Source: Eledone cirrhosa
Lineage: Eukaryota
Reading direction: 5' to 3'
Assembly: GCA_964016885.1 (NCBI GenBank)
Contig: OZ024743.1
Coordinates: 181,722,001 to 181,786,000, forward strand
DNA length: 64,000 nt
Under the pieces are notes generated by a model. It searched no databases and had not been told where the DNA came from. It worked only from the letters and a program-made list of their open reading frames with translations. A program made the position numbers and the translations under genes. The first letter of the stretch is position 1. Every line of letters begins with the position of its first letter. This document shows positions 57,051 through 64,000 of the stretch, piece after piece.

Positions 57051-57840
57051 ATATTCAAAACAAGAGATCCCCCCCCCCCCCCGATGCCACCTACCTACAC
57101 CATCATCTCATTATGTTCTTATCTACTGCTGGGTCACAAATAATCGCCCTAGCCCCGCTTATTAATTTTTCAGGTTCACCCACTTCCATTGAATCTCCCT
57201 GAGGATTATATTAAGAGGACACGTGTCTCCTTAGGAAGTTGAAAATGGAAAGCAGATGTCCACCTTTCTCGTCCTCTTAAGCCCTACCCCACGTCTAACT
57301 AGGCTAGTGGGGGAGGAAGGAACGATGATGTTGATAATGTTGGTCATTATGATGATGATGGTGATGGTGATTTTTATATGTTATTTAAAACGTTTGAGAA
57401 GTGATATCAGCCGCAGACACATACATACACATACCGCACAAACATACACATGTTTACGTCTCAAAGCACATTACCATATATAATATTAGTCGATCATTAT
57501 AAATAATAGTTGAGAAACTCCCTCTCCAGGTATCCTTTACCTGATTTTCTCAATTATTTGTAGTGATCAACTATTATTATATTCATTTGCGTTGGGACGC
57601 ACACATTTCAAGTATATGTTATAAGCTTAAACAAGTGTTTTGCTCATATACATACAACTCCAGAAAAACTGTTATATAAGAAACATAAACATATTTAGAA
57701 TTATCCTATGTTTTATAAGAAAGCATTGCGTGCAGATTACATTCTCATAACACAATGTAATACCAATGTATGTATGGACTCGTAACATCCGAGGGAGTCG
57801 TAGGGGCGCCGTATTAACATACGGTGTTTCTAGAGATTTA

Positions 57841-58212
57841 GAGAAGGATAGAGGGTGGGAGAGAGAGAACATCTCATCTCCAGGTCTGAATATAGCAGAT
57901 TTCTTCCAGAGAAGGATAGAGGGTGAGAGAGAGAGAGAAAATCTCGTCTCCAGGTCTGAGTATAGCAGATTTCTTCCAGAGATGAATAGAGAGTGAGAGA
58001 GAGAGAGAGAACATCTCGTCTCCAGGTCTGAATATAGCAGATTTCTTCCAGAGATGAATAGAGAGTGAGAGAGAGAGAGAGAACATCTCGTCTCCAGGTC
58101 TGAGTATAGCAGATTTCTTCCAGAGATGAATAGAGAGTGAGAGAGAGAGAGAACATCTCGTCTCCAGGTCTGAGTATAGCAGATTTCTTCCAGAGATGAA
58201 TAGAGAGTGAGA
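57841..58212. repeat. Tandem repeat, ~70-72-bp unit with internal (GA)n, 5 copies
   Basis: CATCTCGTCTCCAGGTCTGARTATAGCAGATTTCTTCCAGAG is repeated. Confidence 0.92.
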
Positions 58213-60434
58213 GAATGGAAATGAGAGAGACGACATGGAGGAAGAATCTATCCCAGTACTTAGTCAAGTAGAGAGCCGGAATAAATAGCGCAAAGCATCT
58301 AATATTCTAAAAACGACTCTGCCAATTCACCGTCTAATACTAAATATGAAATAATCTACTTCATAGTCAGTCTTTGAAAGATATATAAATATAGTAATAT
58401 AGTATTATAGTAATATAGTATTATACTGTTGATAGTGTTGATGGCCAGTTTGAGGGGGATTAGTTTGTGTGTGTTGAGATAGAGAGGGATGAGAAAGAGT
58501 AGGTGTGTTGAGAGGGAGAAGAAAGAGAGAGAGTAGGTGTGTGTGTGTTGAGATAGAGAGGGAGGAGAGAGCGAGAGATAGTGTGTGTCTGTCTGTGTGT
58601 GTGTGTATATGTATATATGTGTGTGTGTGTATGCCCGCTTAAATAGCTTGTTCAAGAATGATAGAGGCAAGATTGAGAAAACATCTGTTTTCCATTTCCA
58701 ACTTCCTTCTTTAATTATTATTCAGACGGTTTTTGAGAGGCTCTGAGAGCAAGCCAGGCACTTTTGATTGCTATCACTTGTCAGAAGAGATAAGTAAACT
58801 ATAGCACAGGGTGGGGGTAGAATAGGGTGGATCTACGTCGGTTTCAACGATGAATGTTCTTGTTATTCGGTCAACGGAGTAGGGTGGCGATGGTGTAGAA
58901 TAGGATGGATCTCCGTCGGTTTCGACGATGAATATTCTTGTTCGGTCAACGGAACAACCTGGTCATGAAATTAACCTGTTAATGGCTGATCATTCTACAG
59001 ATACGTAATGCTCAGGGAGATTCAGCGTCACATAATATAGGTTTCAAGGTTGATCCTTTAAATTACAAGTACAGTGCATCTGACGGGCTTCCAAAAAGTT
59101 TCCGTCTACCCAATTTCAGTCATAAGGCAAGCTTTGGCACTTGTCCAAGATTCCACACGATGTGATCGAACATCGAACATCAATTTTTCTTCGTACTCCC
59201 GACATCAGACATAAGTTTCATTCTAAGAACCGCATCTCTATGGAACACACTGCCTAGGGGTTACTTTCCTTGCGGCTAAAACATTGACCTTTTTAAGAAA
59301 GGAGTCAATACGTACCTCTGTGTGTCATAATGTCATCCCAACAGCAAGTTCATTCGTCATTTCAGTGCCTAGCAATCACTCATCTATTTCCTCTCCTCAT
59401 CCTTTTTCTCTATGTTCATCCTGTCATGGCTTTAAACCCTTATGTGTTGACCTTTTAGTACACCATAAAAAGCGAACCTCTTAAACATTAAGCCATACTT
59501 GGAGATTTCAATGTATACAAGCTCTACTAGCTCTCGTATGCCTCCCACATTAACCTTGCTGGCACTGAGGCCGAATCATTTTCCGCTCTCATCTGTGGGC
59601 ACCAGCTAGTATCCATTGTTATCCGTAACCCTGACAGACACTAAATACCAAAAACCGTTTACTGCTTCTTCTTAGACTTAAATCTTATCACTACCTTAAC
59701 CCTTCTTTTAGAAACAATTACCTCTGCTCCTTCCACTCCAACACACGTTGATAGTCATTGAAAGCCTTATGGATGAAAGGGTGTTGAAAGCCTTATGGTT
59801 GAAGGGGTGTTGAAAGCCTTATGGTTGAAGGGGTGTTGTATTTATTGTTAGCTTTTAAAAAGTTCCTTAATCGTGTTTTGTATATTTTCAAACATTTAAT
59901 TTAATTAAAAACAATGATATTTGTATTGTCTCTCTAGTTTGTTGGTTTTAGATTTTAAACCTTTTGATACCAAATGACATTAAACCGGTCTTGCTTATAT
60001 TAAACTGTTTATTTGAACCTTCCATAAGAATTTTATATGAGAACTTTTGTTGTGTTCCATACACCAACTTAATATAATGAGAAAACTAAGGTTAGTTACG
60101 TTAATAAATCCCTCCAAATTTTGGATTGTTTTTTTAAATGATTTAAATATTATAGGCAGTGTCTTTCATTGGAAATATTGTTTTTTTAAAAAAAGGTTAA
60201 ACACACTTTTCTTACTAATTGTATAGATGATCCTAGTTAAGTGAAGTTTTCAACTCAGTATATTGGGTATGTGAGCTCCTACAGTAGTTTAGGGAGGGTT
60301 CATAAGTGTGTGTGTGTGTTGAGTTCAAGGGGAGTTGAGGCTATCATCTCTCTGGGCCTGTTATTTTTCTCTAAAAACATTGTTTTCCAATTCCACCCCA
60401 CCAGTCCCTTCAATCTATCTAATTTCTCATTCTT

Positions 60435-60470
60435 TCTTCTGATGAAGGACTAGCGTCCGAAACGTTAAGA
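60435..60470 (+). ncRNA. Minimal hammerhead (family H), sense to the DUSP transcript
   Basis: TCTT-CTGATGA-A-GGAC TAGC GTCC-GAAA-CG-TT-AAGA. A decayed relative CTGGAGA-A-GGGC TTAT GCCC-GAAA-CGCA lies at 60893-60920 (-). Confidence 0.7.
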
Positions 60471-60677
60471 CCCTCTTGCTATTTCAAGCGTTAACCTAAT
60501 ATATTCCTTCCATATACTGTACCGATTGTGTTCTTATTTCTGTTTGCCTTTTACATATATATATATATATACGCGTGGGTAATTATATACAATTGCATAA
60601 TGTTGAGTGGTTTAATTAATTTATATAACCATCGTATACCAACCGGAACCACCAGTTCTACCCATTGGTAAACAGCC

Positions 60678-60745
<68 letters not shown>

Positions 60746-61265
60746 ACATACATACATACATACATACATACATACATACATACATACATACATACATACA
60801 TACATACATACATAGTGAAAATTGGAACGGGAACAAAAACAGAGGCAGTACAAACAAAGGTTTATTAGTTTCACGCTCTTGAGAGTGGGGGGTGCGTTTC
60901 GGGCATAAGCCCTTCTCCAGGAGAAAAGTGGGTGGGAAGAGAGTTCCGAGGGTGTGTGGGGGAGTGGTGGAGAGACATTTAGAAAACAAGGGGGGGGGGG
61001 GTACAAATAAAAATAAACATAAAGATAAACAAGTGGTGGAAGGGTGTAGGGAGAGGGAGGCGGGGTGTCCGAGCGGGAAGGGCTGAAGGTGGTGTTTGTG
61101 TACGTGTGTGTGTGTATGTGGATATGAGAGTTGGGGAGAAGAACGAGGTTCCATGTTCAGGAAAATGTGTGAATGTGGGGTGTAGGTCGGTGTGTGCGTG
61201 CGTGTGGATGGGGAGGGGGTGTGAGGATTCCGGAGGCTGAGTGAGTATATATATATATATATATA

Positions 61266-61629
61266 GTTGTGTTTAGTGGTATCTATGGTGCTTCCGTAGG
61301 CGGTATGCCAAAATTAGCACTCGATATTCATCAGAGTAGAGTGTAGATATTATCAAGAAAACGAAAAATCAGTGATGCATCTGGACTTAGTTTATTTCGT
61401 GTTACAAATGTTTCGCCGGCATGTAGCTCGAGTCATGGTCCTTGTATGGATCTGGCTGATTGTACTTCTGCGGCTTCTTTCAGACACGGGTGTTTCGTCC
61501 GGAGCAAATTTTATCACTGGTGATAAAATTTGCTCCGGACGAAACACCATGACTCGAGCGACATGCCGGCGAAACATTTGTAACACGAAATAAACCAAGT
61601 CCAGATGCATCACTGATTTTTCGTTTTCT

Positions 61630-61632
<3 letters not shown>
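61266..61632. mobile_element. TA-flanked fold-back Penelope-derived element
   Basis: 61355-61437 is inverted at ~61547-61630, with a central 60-nt hairpin at 61489-61548. Confidence 0.75.
61398..61488 (-). ncRNA. Hammerhead variant with ~60-nt domain II (family I)
   Basis: CGTGT-CTGAAAGA-A-GCCG[52 nt]CGGC-GAAA-CATTTG-TA-ACACG, then AAATAAA. Confidence 0.6.
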
Positions 61633-61716
<84 letters not shown>

Positions 61717-62097
61717 CGCCAACAATCCTACAAGTGTTAGGAGTGTTTGAGTCGCAGTGTGTTGTATTGGAGGAGTGGTTAATAGGTAGAATAAGGTAAG
61801 GACTACTAAGGTGCATGTAGTAGTAGTGGTGGTGGTAGTGGCAGGGTGGGATTGTGTATAGTAGTGATAACACATAGATAGCTTTAAAGAAGAAAAAGGT
61901 GAAGTTTTCAAAACTGGTTATATTTCGTCAAGACTTTTGTGGGATTCTGAAATAGAAAGTGTGGGTGAATATATTAAGAAAGAGAGATTTATAACAAAAA
62001 CTTTAAAGTATATGTTATTCATGTGTTTGTGTTCATGAGAAAATGAGGTATTGTGTATGTGTCTCTGTTATATTATATTATGACTAACTCTTTCTCC

Positions 62098-62136
<39 letters not shown>

Positions 62137-63378
62137 ACTGCTTTTATTGTATATTGTATGGAAATATATGTGTGAAGTGTGTGACTGTGCGTATGTTTGC
62201 TCTATATGATATGGTAAATGCTACATAATGTAAAGCTTAGACTATTATCTAAACTAGATTGAAAATAATAAAGAGTGAATTGAAATTTGCTGCTAAAGCC
62301 ACCACACCCCATTTATTTCCACTCCTGGTCACAACATTTACCTTGAAAATAAAGTAATTTGTCTAATACTGCGACCACAAAATCTCACTACACCCAGTAA
62401 AGTGGTTGGAGTTAGGAAAGACATATATATATTATATGTATATATATATTCTCTATTAAGGCCAAGTTTGACTTGTTTACTCCCAAATATTGCTGGTGGC
62501 ACTCATTTTCAACTGAGTACACTAGAGCAACGTGAACTGGAGTGTTTTTTGCTCAAAAACGCAACTCACATCAGCTCAGGATTCGAACCCCTTTACATTA
62601 TGATCGTAACTCCAACTCCGTTACCACTAGGCCATGCACATTCACACAACACCATTAACAAAGGGGACATTTTATAATTTATATAATAAAGATATTTTGA
62701 AAAGGGGTGTATTAAATAAAACCATGAATTTATAACTAAACAAATATCAGTGAAATAAATTCCAGTAAAATCTGTTGAGAGGAAAAAGAAGAAATATGAG
62801 CTGTGAAGAAGAGAAAAGTTTTAAACCCCAAAACTAGACAGGAAGCAGTATAGGCATGTTGATAGTGTATGAACGTGTAGGTGGCTGGATACTTTATACT
62901 TTTAATATGGACCTTATGAGCGGGTGGATTTGCTGAAATAAATGTCGAACTCTTGACGAAAATACAGCGTAAAAAGAGAGAACTAACAGGAAAGAAAAAA
63001 TAAGGATATATACATGTATATATTTTATTTTTCTTTCCTGTTATATATACATATATATGACTATAGTTATATATACATATATATAACTAATCCAGAACAA
63101 TCTCGGCTCCCTCAGGAAAGCTGAATCTACTGCTGCTGCTGTTGTTTTCACACCACTGCCTTTTCTCCCCACCTCTCTCTCTCTCTCTGGCTCTCGTGCG
63201 ATCTGATATACTCACACACATCCTTATCTACTTTTCATATCTCTCCCACATTTTTAACCATTTCTTCTACCTCACCCCACTCCTTTCTCCTAAACACTTC
63301 TCTTTCCCTCTCTCATTTCATTATCCCCCACTCATCTCTTTACTATCACTGCTGAACGATGTCGTGGGGCTTAAAACA

Positions 63379-63510
<132 letters not shown>

Positions 63511-63598
63511 TGAAGTTGGGAATAGCACGGGAGATATATTTAAGGATCTGTTTTTCTTTTGTGATTCGTCAAAGTGACATTGTTGAAAAGCTAGTGTT

Positions 63599-63786
63599 GG
63601 TGGATTGGCAGTATCGGTAGAGGGTCGGACGCCATGCTTTCCAGCATAGTTACGTCCCTTTATGATCTGAGTTCAAATCCCGCCGAGGTTGACTTTGCCT
63701 TTCATCCTTACGGGGTCGATAAAATAAAGTACCAGTGATGCACTGGGTAATTTCTGGCCTTGTGCCTAAAGTAGAAACAGTTATTA
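63599..63786 (+). mobile_element. SINE family 1 full-length copy
   Basis: TGGCAGTATCGG A box, GAGTTCAAATCC B box, central domain, TTA tail. Confidence 0.88.
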
Positions 63787-64000
63787 AAATATAACATATA
63801 TATATATATATGAGTGTGTGTGTGTGTGTAGAATTCCCTACCCCAACACTCTCACTCTCTCTCTCTCCCTCTCACTCAGTGACACGATGACCTCGTTTCT
63901 CTCCCCCTATCTCTCTTCTATTCCATATGTCTCCTACCACCACCACAACCGTCACCACCACCTTACTATAATAACCAACCTCAGCGCCACCACCACCACC

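Noticed and set aside
62930-62975. CTGAAAT...GTCGA/TTGAC-GAAA motif
   Set aside because: Core and stem III are too degenerate to call.

Overview
Repeat-saturated, AT-rich animal genomic DNA. The SINE repertoire and microsatellite load suggest an octopod cephalopod (inference). The only host gene is a DUSP6/7/9-type (MKP-3) MAPK phosphatase on the + strand. Coding exon 1 (36589-36970) and exon 2 (50836-51225) are present; the catalytic HCxxGxxRS exon is not in the window. The rest is mobile DNA: a frameshifted Tx1-clade LINE (-), a near-complete Penelope-like element (RT + GIY-YIG) with an inverted pseudo-LTR, hAT MITEs with 8-bp TSDs, a hAT transposase remnant, two tRNA-derived SINE families, RTE and CRE fragments, and mini/microsatellites. 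The most notable signal is invisible in the ORF track. About a dozen essentially intact, plus several decayed, type I hammerhead ribozymes from at least 8 sequence families sit in short non-coding elements inserted into (TA)n tracts, in tandem or fold-back arrangements. Several otherwise unalignable families share a downstream module: hammerhead -> AATAAA or A/T-rich spacer -> a covarying (A/G)CUC-stem-2-nt-bulge-GAG(U/C) hairpin. This looks like a Penelope-dependent retrozyme-like RNA system with a possibly undescribed cis-acting hairpin. All structures were folded by eye; ribozyme activity and novelty are untested.
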